In this document: positions 30,956 through 41,386 of the stretch, piece after piece
Position numbering within the stretch: position 1 is the stretch's first letter
How the letters are laid out: the number at the start of each line of letters is the position of its first letter
Assembly: GCA_963697895.1 (NCBI GenBank)
Contig: OY969100.1
Coordinates: forward strand, 288,001-352,000
From: an uncultured Methanomicrobiales archaeon
GTDB lineage: Archaea > Halobacteriota > Methanomicrobia > Methanomicrobiales > Methanospirillaceae
Reading direction: 5' to 3'
DNA length: 64,000 bases
Made by a program: the position numbers and the translations under genes
Notes under the pieces: generated by a model
Databases searched by the model: none
What the model was told of the DNA's origin: nothing
Seen by the model: the letters and a program-made list of their open reading frames with translations, nothing else

Positions 30956-31725
30956 GTACTCCGGCCATCGCCCTTCAAGACATCTGGGTCCGCAGACAGG
31001 AGCAGGATATCCTCACCGGCGTCAGTCTTTCGATCCGGGATGGGGATTTCTATGCCCTCATCGGGCCCAACGGAGGAGGCAAGACCACCCTCCTCAAGGT
31101 GATCCTCGGGCTAATTCATCCGGACCGCGGGACTGTCAGTATCTACGGGCGCCCGCCTTCGGAGATGCGGGAGATCATCGGGTATGTGCCGCAGTTCCGG
31201 ACGTTCGACTTCGGATATCCGATCAGCGTGAAAGAGATGGTATTGTCCGGCCGGATCGGGCATATCCCCGGTCTCCTCAGACGATACGGTCCGGAGGATG
31301 TCGCGCAGGCTGAGGCAGCGCTCGATACCCTCGGCATCAGCGGGCTTGCCGGCCGCGAGATCGGCCGGCTCTCCGGCGGTGAGCAGCAACGGGTGATGAT
31401 CGCCCGGGCACTCGTCGGGAAACCCCGGATCCTCCTCCTTGACGAACCGACGGTCTATGTCGATGCCCCGACCGAGCTCCAGTTCTTCGAGATCGTGGAC
31501 CGTCTCCGGGGTTCGATGACGGTGGTGCTGGTGACCCACGATATCGGTGTCCTCGCCGGGCACGTGACCCGGGTAGGGTGCCTGAACCGCCGTCTCTATA
31601 CCCATGACACCGACCAGATCACCGAAGATATGCTCGCAGAGGCGTATGGCTGCCCCGTCGAACTGATCGCGCACGGGATACCGCACCGGGTCCTCGCGAA
31701 GCATACCCGGGAGGAGCAGACGTGA
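30952..31725 (+). CDS. Metal ABC transporter ATPase
   Basis: GPNGGGKTT, LSGGEQQR, LLLDEP, VTHD. Confidence 0.95.
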   Translation: MSTPAIALQDIWVRRQEQDILTGVSLSIRDGDFYALIGPNGGGKTTLLKVILGLIHPDRGTVSIYGRPPSEMREIIGYVPQFRTFDFGYPISVKEMVLSGRIGHIPGLLRRYGPEDVAQAEAALDTLGISGLAGREIGRLSGGEQQRVMIARALVGKPRILLLDEPTVYVDAPTELQFFEIVDRLRGSMTVVLVTHDIGVLAGHVTRVGCLNRRLYTHDTDQITEDMLAEAYGCPVELIAHGIPHRVLAKHTREEQT

Positions 31726-31935
31726 TCACTATCCCCTCACCGAAGAACCGGGGAGAAACAGATACGATCGGGACGTACCCTGCAGGAGCGGACGTGATCA
31801 TTTTCCCCAAACGAAGAATACCTGAAGGAACAGACGAGATCAGGATCTCTTCAAAGCAGTACCCGGAACGAGGGGGTATGACCGGGATCCCTTCTGAGAA
31901 TTACCGGGAGGATCGGAAATGATCGGGATCCTCGG
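31696..31935 (+). repeat. Degenerate ~42-bp repeats carrying a 66-codon ORF (31722-31922)
   Basis: Six GA(T/C)C-anchored units at 31724, 31766, 31796, 31838, 31880 and 31921, each preceded by a purine-rich GGAG/GAAG-like block. Confidence 0.65.
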
Positions 31936-32743
31936 GTACACCTTCTTCCAGAACGCCCTGATTGCCGGCGTCCTTGCGAGCATCGCCTGCGGCATAATCG
32001 GCACCTACGTGGTGGTCAAACGGATGGTCTCGGTCAGCGGGGGTATCTCGCATGCCGCGTTCGGGGGGATCGGGCTCGGGTATTACCTCGGTATCGACCC
32101 GCTCCTCGGGGCGCTCGGGTTCACCCTGGCAACGGCGCTCGGGCTCGGTGTCATCACCCGGCGGGCCAGGCAGCATATTGACATCCTCATCGGGGTGGTT
32201 TGGGCGACCGGTATGGCGATCGGTATCCTCTTCATCGCCCTGACCCCCGGGTATGCACCGGACCTCTTCTCATTCCTCTTCGGAAATATCCTCCTCGTAC
32301 CCGCGGGCGATATTGTCCTGATGGCCATCCTGGTCACCGTCATTCTTGCCCTGGTCTTCCTGCTGTATACCCAGCTCATGGCCGTCACCTTCGACGAGGA
32401 GTACGCGACGGTGATGAACCTCCCGGTACAGGCACTCTCCCTCCTGTTGCTCGTCCTTATCGCCTTCACCGTGGTGATGCTGATCCGGGTGGTCGGCATC
32501 ATCCTGGTCATCGCCCTGCTCACTATTCCGGCGGCGATCAGCCGGGAATATACGTCGAGGCTTGTCCCTATGATGGCGTGGGCGGTAGTCCTCGGGACCG
32601 TGTTTACAATCGGCGGTATCTGGTTCTCTTATATCTTCGATATCCCATCGGGGGCGACGATCATCCTGACCGCAGCTGCGGCGTACGGGCTCGTGCTCAT
32701 TGCGAAACAGGTTCCCAAACGGATCCGGTCGGTGGAAGGATGA
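31919..32743 (+). CDS. Metal ABC transporter permease (ZnuB/MntB)
   Basis: ISHAAFGG, FLFGNIL, VGIILVIALLTIPAA. Confidence 0.94.
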   Translation: MIGILGYTFFQNALIAGVLASIACGIIGTYVVVKRMVSVSGGISHAAFGGIGLGYYLGIDPLLGALGFTLATALGLGVITRRARQHIDILIGVVWATGMAIGILFIALTPGYAPDLFSFLFGNILLVPAGDIVLMAILVTVILALVFLLYTQLMAVTFDEEYATVMNLPVQALSLLLLVLIAFTVVMLIRVVGIILVIALLTIPAAISREYTSRLVPMMAWAVVLGTVFTIGGIWFSYIFDIPSGATIILTAAAAYGLVLIAKQVPKRIRSVEG

Positions 32744-32920
32744 GTCCGTTATCCATCATTGGAGGAGGATGAATGGTTCATGTGCCTGATTCACGGGTAT
32801 GTGATCTTATCCTTGGACATCCATCCGAAAAGACCAGAGACAGATAAACGGCTATTGGAAAACAAACCCCTTCGGACCTGTTAAGTACAAAATCCCCTTA
32901 TCCCCACCCATCTATCTCCG

Positions 32921-34063
32921 CTATCGCTGTCTGTTTCCCCTGGCAGTTCCCGGGTTATCAGCTGCTGAATCGGAAGACTTTCTGAGCCGGCAGGAACAGC
33001 GCCCGATCGTGAGCGCAACCGTCACCGCAAAGAAAGCGGTAAGGATAAAAGCGAGCAGAAAGGTGGTCAGTTCTGCAACGATCCCCATGATGACCGGGAG
33101 GACGGTCATTCCTGCATACGTCGCCGTACTCCACAGCCCCATTGCAGTTCCCTGGGATCTATCTGTCTTTGCCAGATAGGCAAGTTGTGCGACCATGACC
33201 ACTCCCGCGACGAGGCCGATCGCGATGAACCCGATCGGGGTAACAAACAGGGCAAGGACGGACAGTGCCATGGCGAGCGCGGCGATGCGGAGGGTACCGA
33301 CCGGGGGAAAACTCAGACGGGACAACAGGAGGACCCCGATGATCGTGGCGATATTCATCGCTGCTATCTGGAGCCCGAGCTCCGTGGGGTGTTCCCCGGT
33401 AAACCCGGGATAGAGGGCGGCGACAACCCCGGTAATCCCGACAAGGACGACAGCCGAGTACCAGAGCCATCGGTCGGCTTTGAGTGATTCGATAAGCCCT
33501 GCAGCAAGCGATTTTTTGTCCGGGGATGTGGCGGAAGGCTCATGGCTGTTCCGCATCAGCAGGCTCGCACCGACCGGGATGATCGTAAGCGCGGTAAACA
33601 GGACGATCCCGGCTGACTGCATGGCGACCTGCTCGACGACCCACCCGGAGACGATCAAACCGGTCACAAGGCCACCATTCAGAAGGGCAAGGAAGATACC
33701 GCTCTCTGTCGCATGATCGGGACGGGCATTCACCCATGCGAGGGCAGAGGCAACAAAAAGACCGGCACCGAACCCCTCCAGGACCCGGGCGGCCAGGAGG
33801 ATCCCGCCTGAAGAAGAACCAAGGAGAAGGAGCCCACTGATCAGTGTCACGAATAACCCGGTGCGGATCACCGGCACCGGCCCGTACCGATCCGCAAGAA
33901 GTCCCGCGGGAAGGGTCAGGATGAAGGCGCCGAGAAAATAGGCCGAATAGAGAAAGCCCTGTGCAGCCGCGCCCTCGGCAAACAGGGGAAGTACCGGCAC
34001 GATCGCATTCGAGAGCGCCATCACCGAAAATATGCCCAAAAAGATGGGGATCCGCTCTTTCAT
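32921..34063 (-). CDS. MFS transporter
   Basis: GLLADRYG motif A, ARVLEGFG, about 12 hydrophobic segments. Confidence 0.88.
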   Translation of the reverse strand: MKERIPIFLGIFSVMALSNAIVPVLPLFAEGAAAQGFLYSAYFLGAFILTLPAGLLADRYGPVPVIRTGLFVTLISGLLLLGSSSGGILLAARVLEGFGAGLFVASALAWVNARPDHATESGIFLALLNGGLVTGLIVSGWVVEQVAMQSAGIVLFTALTIIPVGASLLMRNSHEPSATSPDKKSLAAGLIESLKADRWLWYSAVVLVGITGVVAALYPGFTGEHPTELGLQIAAMNIATIIGVLLLSRLSFPPVGTLRIAALAMALSVLALFVTPIGFIAIGLVAGVVMVAQLAYLAKTDRSQGTAMGLWSTATYAGMTVLPVIMGIVAELTTFLLAFILTAFFAVTVALTIGRCSCRLRKSSDSAADNPGTARGNRQR

Positions 34064-35954
34064 TCAGATCATGCGGTACGTCTCGAGGTTCATCGGAGAA
34101 TGCGTCTGGATGTGATATCGTTTGTAGAGCGAACTCGCAAGATCGATTGTATTGTTTTCGTCTCCATGGATCGTAAAGATCTTTTCGGGCTTCGGTTGGA
34201 CCTGACCGACGAAATTCATCAGCTGCCGGCGGTCCGAATGACCGGAGAACCCATCTACGGTTATAATCTCGAGATTGATCACGATCGTATCGCGCCGACC
34301 GATGGGGACCTCCCGCCAGCCTTTCTGGACGCGCCTTCCCAGCGTCCCTTCTGCCTGATACCCGACAAAAACCAGCGCATTCCGATCATCTGCCGCGAGG
34401 TGCGAGAGGTATTCCATTACCGGACCGCCATTCATCATACCGCTCGTTGTGATGACCACACAGGGGCCTCCATTAATAACCTTCTCGCGGAGATCTGGCG
34501 AATCAACCGCGACAAAATACTCCGACAGGAACGGGTTCATTCCTTCCTTGAAGATCTGGTTCCGCAGGTCGCTGTTCAGGTACTCCGGATAGGTGGTATG
34601 GATCGCGGTCGCCTCACGGATCATGCCATCCAGATATATCTTCACCCGGGGGATCTTCTCCCTCCGCATCCCTTCTTCGAGGGCAAGCATGACCTCCTGA
34701 GAACGGCCGACCGCGAAAGCAGGGATGATGACCTTTCCTTCACGCATTATCACGGAACTGATCGTCTCGTACAGCTTCTCTTCCGCCTCCGCCCGCGGTG
34801 GCTGCATATCGTTGGATCCGCCATAAGTGCTCTCCATGAAGAGCGCTTCCAGGCGGGGGAATATGCTGGTCGCCGGGTTGAAGAGTCGGCTCTTCCCGTA
34901 GTTGAAATCCCCCGTGAATGCGATATTATAAAGGCCGTCACCTACGTGGAAATGCACGATCGCCGAACCGAGGATATGGCCCGCATTGTGGAAAGTCAGT
35001 TTGACATCAGGTGCGATATCGGTGACGCTCCCATAATTCAGGGTTATGGAGTGCTTGATATAATTTTTAACCTCGTTCGAGCTGTACGGCACTTTACGGT
35101 CCTCTTTATGGATCACGTCCAGGTAGTCCAGTTGCAGCATAGCGGAGAGGTCACGGGTAGGGGGAGTGACTGTACACCGGACCGTCGTATCCGTACTTGT
35201 AGAGGAGGGGGATGAGTGCGCAATGGTCCAGGTGCGCATGGGTCAGAACAACCGCATCGAGCTGACTTAAGGGATGAATCTCAGGGACGTACAGGTACGG
35301 GGTACTGTTTGTATTATCGGGTTTTTCTCCACAATCGACAAGTATCCGACTTTCCGGGGTGGAAAGAAGGAATGCCGCCCGGCCCACCTCGCGGCAGCAC
35401 CCGAGCATCGTAACCCTCACCCACTGGTCCTTGCTGGTCACATCGCGGTGGATACGCCTCCCGATAGTACGAAGAAATGTTTTCCGTTCTTCATTCACCG
35501 ATCGGAGATACTGACGTATCTGTTTCACCGTCGAGCTCTCTATCGGGGGTGTCCGGACAACCTTCGGCGTCCACCCGATATGCTTTGTAATCTCTCGCAG
35601 GGTGGCTCCGTTCTTCCCGATGACCACTCCCGGTTTCTCGGCCTCGATCAGCACTTCTCCCGTATCGGGGTCAAAATAGATATCGGTGATGCCTGCGTTC
35701 TCGGCGACCACCGATCGGATATCCATCAGCGCTTTTTCCGGATCCTCAAGCACATTCGGGCGGACGACAATCCGTTTCCGAAGGTCCCGTGCGAGCACTT
35801 TGATAAGGTCTGCCTCGTCGGCAAACCGTTTCGGGTCATCGGTATATATCACGAGCTCAGGGCCTTCAAATTCGACATCCGATACCGTGATGCCACTCGG
35901 CACCTTCTCGTTGATCTTATCCTTGAGTTCTTTCAGCCTTTCTTCTATAAGCAT
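34064..35954 (-). CDS. Beta-CASP ribonuclease aCPSF1/FttA (+1 frameshift at about 35168)
   Basis: KH domains ([18 protein letters not shown]), THAHLDH, AGHILGS, FSGHSD; adjacent to psmB as is usual in archaea. Confidence 0.95.
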
Positions 35955-35975
35955 TAAATCCGTCCTAAAAATAGT

Positions 35976-36617
35976 TTATGCGGTGAGTGCAGCGTATTTC
36001 TTCTGCACATCCTCGTCGTTCAGTTCCTGATATTTATCCCGCGTGATGACCACGACATGTATACCTTCCCCGGATGCAGAATCACGTTTCATTGCAGCCT
36101 TTAGTGCTCGAACAGCCAGTTTTATCCCTTCTTCTTCACTCATATCCGGCGTATACCGATCCTCAAGCACCCCGTATGCCATCGGGGACCCCGATCCCGT
36201 TGCAACAATGGTGTCTTCTTTTGTGGCTCCTCCCATGGCATCTACCGAATAGATCGTCGATCCCGTCTCGTCAACACCGCCGACCAGCAGCTGAACATAA
36301 TATGGATAGTATCGGTTTGCGTTCAATACGTTGGAGAGGAGCGTCGATGCGGCACCGACCGAGATCGGGCGGCCCCTCCGGATGGTATAGAGACTGCATT
36401 CCACGGTCATGACCCGGACCAGCTGCTGGGTGTCTCCCACCCCGCCAGCGGTCGTCATCCCGATCCGATCTGCAATCTGGTACACCTTTTTCGCCTTCTT
36501 GCTGGCAATAAAATTGCCCATGGTCGCCCGTTGCTCTGTTGCGAGGACGACACCGCCTTTGAAAACCAGACCAATGGTGGTCGTTCCCTTAAGCGGTTCC
36601 TGGTACTGTTCTGTCAT
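35976..36617 (-). CDS. psmB: Proteasome subunit beta
   Basis: Propeptide followed by G/TTTIG, GSGSP, RDSASG. Confidence 0.97.
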   Translation of the reverse strand: MTEQYQEPLKGTTTIGLVFKGGVVLATEQRATMGNFIASKKAKKVYQIADRIGMTTAGGVGDTQQLVRVMTVECSLYTIRRGRPISVGAASTLLSNVLNANRYYPYYVQLLVGGVDETGSTIYSVDAMGGATKEDTIVATGSGSPMAYGVLEDRYTPDMSEEEGIKLAVRALKAAMKRDSASGEGIHVVVITRDKYQELNDEDVQKKYAALTA

Positions 36618-36707
36618 TCAAGCACCCCAAAAGTATAAAACGCCGCGAAAATTCTCAAAAGCGCTTCACCACTATGATGTCATTTCAAAATTTAAATGTT
36701 TTCTTGA

Positions 36708-37529
36708 TTAGTCTCTGCAGAAGACTTTGATCAGTTCTCGGTCAAAAAGCATCGCAATTAGCCGCTTGTCTCCATTTATTACCGGAAGCTGGTCGACCCG
36801 TGCACGTTTCATCTTCAGGGCACACTCGCTGACCTCTGCGTTCTGCGGGACCGCTACGACGTTCCTGACCATCGCCGTCTTCACCGGTCTGGACGGGAGC
36901 TTGATCTTGGAGATCCCATAGCTGATCGAATGCATATCCCGGATACTCTCCCACGTCCATTCGTCGTCATCGGTACCGTTCGAAAAATCGCTCACCTCAA
37001 CGGTGTCCTCTATTGAGGAATGGCGGATCAGGTCGCGTTCTGAAATGATTCCCTGGAGCCTACTCTCCGCATCGAGGATAGGGATCGCCTCAAATCCCGA
37101 GATCTCCATGATCCTTCCGACGACCGGCAACGGAGTCTCTTCCCAGAGAGCGAACGTCTGGCTGGTATAGATATCCTTGATCTCATCTTTAATGCGGAGC
37201 TGGGCGATCGCATGGATAATGTCGGCCACCGAAAGCAGGCCGACAAGGGTACCGTCCTCCACCACCGGAAGCCTCCTGACGTTATGCTCTATCAGGAGGC
37301 GTGTTGCTTCCTCAAGAGGGGTGTCCGGAGTCGTCGATACGGGGTTTGCAGTCATCAGGAGCCCGAGTTGAGTCTCATCCGCTTTACGGAGCAGATCTTT
37401 TCTCGTGATAATCCCCACGATTATCCGGTCTTTGATGACCGGCACGCCACTGATGCCTGTCCTTTTCAGGATCTTCAGGACATCGTCGCGGTTCCCCGGG
37501 ATTTCAACACTGACCACGTCAGCGGACAT
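36708..37529 (-). CDS. CBS-domain protein (four CBS motifs)
   Basis: ISGVPV, VRRLPVV, FEAIPIL, VDQLPV; may start at ATA 37559. Confidence 0.9.
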   Translation of the reverse strand: MSADVVSVEIPGNRDDVLKILKRTGISGVPVIKDRIIVGIITRKDLLRKADETQLGLLMTANPVSTTPDTPLEEATRLLIEHNVRRLPVVEDGTLVGLLSVADIIHAIAQLRIKDEIKDIYTSQTFALWEETPLPVVGRIMEISGFEAIPILDAESRLQGIISERDLIRHSSIEDTVEVSDFSNGTDDDEWTWESIRDMHSISYGISKIKLPSRPVKTAMVRNVVAVPQNAEVSECALKMKRARVDQLPVINGDKRLIAMLFDRELIKVFCRD

Positions 37530-37555
37530 GTACTCGGAGACCAGAAGATCCGTTA

Positions 37556-37984
37556 TTATGGTCTCACCACCATGACGGTCACCGGGGAATTCGAGACGAC
37601 GAAGGAGCTGACACTCCCCAGGAGAAGCCTGTCCACCTCGCTCCGGCCGTGAGATCCGACAACGACCAGATCGACCCCGATCTCCTGTGCCGCCTTGACA
37701 ATCTCGTTCCCGGCGTGGCCATGCTTCATATGGGTAGTGATTGTTACGCCCTGCTCCTCCGCCGCATTCTTTGCCGCCGCAAGGGATTCGCCCCCCTCCT
37801 TTTCGAGCATGGCATACATGATTTCCCACGTGTTGTCCATAGGCAGTGATGAAAAGAGCCCGGTTTCAGCGACATATATGACATGGCAACGGGCCTTCCA
37901 GGCCCCGGCCTCTTCCAGCGCGACCCGGAGTGCCTGCTCGCTGGTCTTGGACCCGTCGATTGCTATTAGTATCTGGGTGAACAT
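37556..37984 (-). CDS. Universal stress protein
   Basis: ILIAIDGS, DLVVVGSHGRS, LLGSVS. Confidence 0.93.
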   Translation of the reverse strand: MFTQILIAIDGSKTSEQALRVALEEAGAWKARCHVIYVAETGLFSSLPMDNTWEIMYAMLEKEGGESLAAAKNAAEEQGVTITTHMKHGHAGNEIVKAAQEIGVDLVVVGSHGRSEVDRLLLGSVSSFVVSNSPVTVMVVRP

Positions 37985-38020
37985 GCTACCTCACAAAATA
38001 GTCTCCTTTATTAATGTATA

Positions 38021-39058
38021 TTATGAATTAAAAACCTTTTTCACTAGCTTCTCCGGAGACACCCGGTGTACCAGAGTTTTATGGATATCGCGGCTGAACC
38101 GGATATTCGATCGCGCGGGATCAACGACGAAAAAGTTCGCTTTTGATCCTTCCTCGATAAAGAACGGTTCGCCAAACAGCCCCGAGCCCCGGATTGCCGC
38201 GCGAAGGAGTTCACACGGTGGGATGCGATAAACGGCTTCAGTGAAGGACAATTCCCGGAGCATATCAGGCTGGACAAACATCACATTGTCCGTTCCAAGG
38301 AGCACAGGTATCCCGAGATCGATCATTTCGCGGATATCCGGAGTCGTGGCAGATACCGCAACCCCCAGTCGCCAGTTTGACCGGGGACAGACGACGACGG
38401 GTATTCTCTTTCCCGCGCATTCCCTCAACTGTGTCCGGGTCGCATGCGTGCAGTGGATAAGGAGATCCGGATCATACGAGAGGGCGGTATCCAGGTCATT
38501 CGGATCCCGTTCGCCGGCATGTATCGCAACCAGCTTCCCCATCCTCCGGGCAGCCGAGACCTGCTCCTCAATGTCCGGAACGTCCCGCGTGCTGCTGACT
38601 CCGAATCCCCGAGCGACCCGCTCACCGCCATCCCTTCCAAAAATGACCGGTTCACATGTGATCCCGATCAGTGCTTCCCGGAGAGCCTGTACACCCTCTT
38701 CCCCGCCTTCCCTGAAATCGGCAAAACCTGCGGTCCCTGACCCCACCATTTCATCGATACTCGCACGCATCCCGGAGACCAGCTCTGTATGGGATACCGA
38801 AGCAAGGAGCCGGTGTTTCAACCCGTGGGGCGGAGCCACCAGTTCTGCGAGATCGCCGTGGACCGGGCAGTCCATTGCCATGGTATCCCCGAGGTGCGTG
38901 TGGGCATTGAAGAAGGCCGGGCAGATCCACCAACTACCTGGTCGGGCGAGATCGTCGATCGCCGTTATCATCCCGTCCTCAACCCGAATCTCCACGGGAC
39001 GCACCTCCAGCTCTTCACCGATCATTGCATGGCCGGAGAGGGAAAACTCGTTCTTCAT
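38021..39058 (-). CDS. Amidohydrolase family protein
   Basis: NAHTHLGD, HAGE, CPRSN, LGTDN. Confidence 0.88.
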   Translation of the reverse strand: MKNEFSLSGHAMIGEELEVRPVEIRVEDGMITAIDDLARPGSWWICPAFFNAHTHLGDTMAMDCPVHGDLAELVAPPHGLKHRLLASVSHTELVSGMRASIDEMVGSGTAGFADFREGGEEGVQALREALIGITCEPVIFGRDGGERVARGFGVSSTRDVPDIEEQVSAARRMGKLVAIHAGERDPNDLDTALSYDPDLLIHCTHATRTQLRECAGKRIPVVVCPRSNWRLGVAVSATTPDIREMIDLGIPVLLGTDNVMFVQPDMLRELSFTEAVYRIPPCELLRAAIRGSGLFGEPFFIEEGSKANFFVVDPARSNIRFSRDIHKTLVHRVSPEKLVKKVFNS

Positions 39059-39106
39059 CGGTAACCTGACACCGTTTTATATATCGAGAATGAGAAATAT
39101 GTTTGT

Positions 39107-39265
39107 ATGGCAAAAAAACCGGGTGGAAGGTTAGTATCGTCGGCAGGTCTTGTCAACTACTACGACAGCGAAGATAAGCGCGCCATCCATGTCAGTCCTA
39201 TTGCAGTGATCGTTGTCGCAGCGGCGATCGGCATCGTCATCCTCGTGCTCAATATTCTTTTCTAA
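39107..39265 (+). CDS. secG: Preprotein translocase subunit Sec61beta (52 aa; absent from the ORF track)
   Basis: MAKKPGGRLVSSAGLVNYYDSEDKRAIHVSP plus a C-terminal TM helix. Confidence 0.93.
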   Translation: MAKKPGGRLVSSAGLVNYYDSEDKRAIHVSPIAVIVVAAAIGIVILVLNILF

Positions 39266-40008
39266 CTTTTTTTGAGGATCGCCCGAAATATATCCTCATC
39301 CCGATCAAAGTACAGACGGTCATGCCCCGACCATGACGGACAGTTCCGGAGGAGCACTGCAGGGACACCATTATCGCTTTCTCCCATCACAAAGTTGGCG
39401 AATCCGGCGATCTCATCGACCACAGCCTCTTCGGTGATCTTCATTACATGACCGAACAGGTCTGTATCGCCCCTGAAGTCCCGGATCGCGGTCATTCCTG
39501 CCCATCCGATGGCATGACCGGTCTGACCTCTCCGGAAGGATCGCCCGCAGGTATCGGTGATGATGACCCCGAGGGTCTTTCCCGACAGGGATCCCATCTG
39601 GTCACGGATTGCTGCGGCGGCCCCCATCGGGTCAGGCGGGAGGAGGATGACCATCCCATCTTCTATATTGCTCTGATCGACACCGGCCCTGACACCGATA
39701 TGTCCCCAGGGCAGTTCCGACAGGACGAACGGGTAGTCTATCAGCAGATCAGATGACTCATCCAGAACAACCTGGATGAAACGGGGATCTTCACCCGTCC
39801 GGCTGGCAATACGGGTTGCACGATCACCCGGTGTGATATCCCTCAGATTGCGCACATATCCCATTGATTTCGAGTATACGGATGACGCGATCGCGAGAAT
39901 ATCCCCATCCTGAATTTTTATCCGTTCACAGATGAGTGCAGGGATGTCGTCCCCTGCCTGTATAAGCGGGAGACCCCGTATTCCCATAACCTGAATGGCC
40001 GTTTCCAT
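39262..40008 (-). CDS. cofE: Coenzyme F420-0:L-glutamate ligase
   Basis: GLPLIQAGDD, AGVDQSN, ITDTCGRSFRRG, DEIAGFANFVMGE. Confidence 0.93.
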   Translation of the reverse strand: METAIQVMGIRGLPLIQAGDDIPALICERIKIQDGDILAIASSVYSKSMGYVRNLRDITPGDRATRIASRTGEDPRFIQVVLDESSDLLIDYPFVLSELPWGHIGVRAGVDQSNIEDGMVILLPPDPMGAAAAIRDQMGSLSGKTLGVIITDTCGRSFRRGQTGHAIGWAGMTAIRDFRGDTDLFGHVMKITEEAVVDEIAGFANFVMGESDNGVPAVLLRNCPSWSGHDRLYFDRDEDIFRAILKKS

Positions 40009-40142
40009 GATATACCGCCGATACAGGTATCAGGGTGGTATGCTTTAAAGTGCTCGATATGCCGGTCCAGAACCGGCATATCCAAAACGACCGATCGGAT
40101 GAAGCGTAGGAATGTTTTTCATATTCAGAAACAGAACACCCC

Positions 40143-40415
40143 ATGCCGATGTTCCGCATAATCCGCTGCGGCGGATGTAAAACATTCACCTATGTCGACC
40201 GTTTCCAGGAGTGGAAACTCTGCCCGATCTGCAGCGAAACGATCGACCTGAAACGTGCGGCCACTTATCTCGAAGTAGAGGATTATCAGACCGCCGAGAA
40301 GATAGTGGCACAGCTGGAGAAGTTCCTGCAGGAGACCCGTAGGAAGGACCTCACCCGGGAGGAGCTCCGGGAGATTCGTGCACAATATGCGGAATGGCTG
40401 CGGAAAAGAGCCTGA
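40143..40415 (+). CDS. Small zinc-ribbon protein (DUF1922-like)
   Basis: RCGGC...CPIC followed by a helical tail. Confidence 0.75.
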   Translation: MPMFRIIRCGGCKTFTYVDRFQEWKLCPICSETIDLKRAATYLEVEDYQTAEKIVAQLEKFLQETRRKDLTREELREIRAQYAEWLRKRA

Positions 40416-40742
40416 ATCTACCAGCGCTTCCCGCACCCCGGACATATCATGGTCACCTCTCTTCCACACGAAGGGCAGTATATCCCGAGCCGGGGATGGT
40501 AGATGAGAGGTTTATTGCACTGCTTGCAGTACATCGACTCCTCGTACCCACAGGAGTGCCGGAGCATATGATTCCATTCGGATTCATGCCATTATAATGG
40601 TTTGTCCAAATCACCCGGTACACAACCCGTAAGCCCGGGAACGTTACGGGAAATCCGGTTGTTTCAGAGAAACATTTACGGAAGAAGTGCAAGATCTCTT
40701 ACGAGAACCTAATCTTTAGCTTCCCTTCCCGGAGAAATTCAC

Positions 40743-41372
40743 ATGGAAACAGATGTTGAGGAAAAACCGGTCGGATTTGGAAAAAACAGGATCGAGGCAT
40801 TGACCGACGGTATATTCGCTATTGCCATGACGCTCCTCGTTCTCGGTATTGAAGTTCCGCAGAACCAGCCGGGGCTGAGTGCCATTCAAGTGCTGATCGA
40901 CCTGATCCCCGACTTCTTCCATTATGCCCTCGCATTTATCGTCGTTGCCATTCTCTGGGTCTTCCATCACGAGCAGTTTCACCATATCCGGGCAATCGAT
41001 CGGAAGATGCTCTGGCTCAATATACTCGCCCTTCTCTTTATCGCCCTCGTCCCGTTCTCGTCGAACTATACCGATACATTCGTCCTCGAACCGGCCCCCG
41101 CGATCTTCTTTTCCATAAACCTGCTCGTCATCGGGGTGATCATCTCCTGGCAATGGACGTACGCGACAAGGGGATACCGCCTTGTTGACCGATCGCTGGA
41201 ACCGGGACTGGTGCTTCTCGAGAAAAGGAAGAACCTTATGATACCCGCCCTCGGAATTACCGCAATTATCCTTGCCATCATCGGGATCCCCTGGAGCTCG
41301 GGGATCTTTTACCTCCTCCCGTTCCTCCTCTTCCTGATGCAGAGACAGTATGACCGTTCCCCGGTCACCTGA
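40743..41372 (+). CDS. TMEM175 (DUF1211) family channel
   Basis: RIEALTDGIFAIAMTLL, WVFHH. Confidence 0.9.
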   Translation: METDVEEKPVGFGKNRIEALTDGIFAIAMTLLVLGIEVPQNQPGLSAIQVLIDLIPDFFHYALAFIVVAILWVFHHEQFHHIRAIDRKMLWLNILALLFIALVPFSSNYTDTFVLEPAPAIFFSINLLVIGVIISWQWTYATRGYRLVDRSLEPGLVLLEKRKNLMIPALGITAIILAIIGIPWSSGIFYLLPFLLFLMQRQYDRSPVT

Positions 41373-41386
41373 GAGCAGCGCAACAG

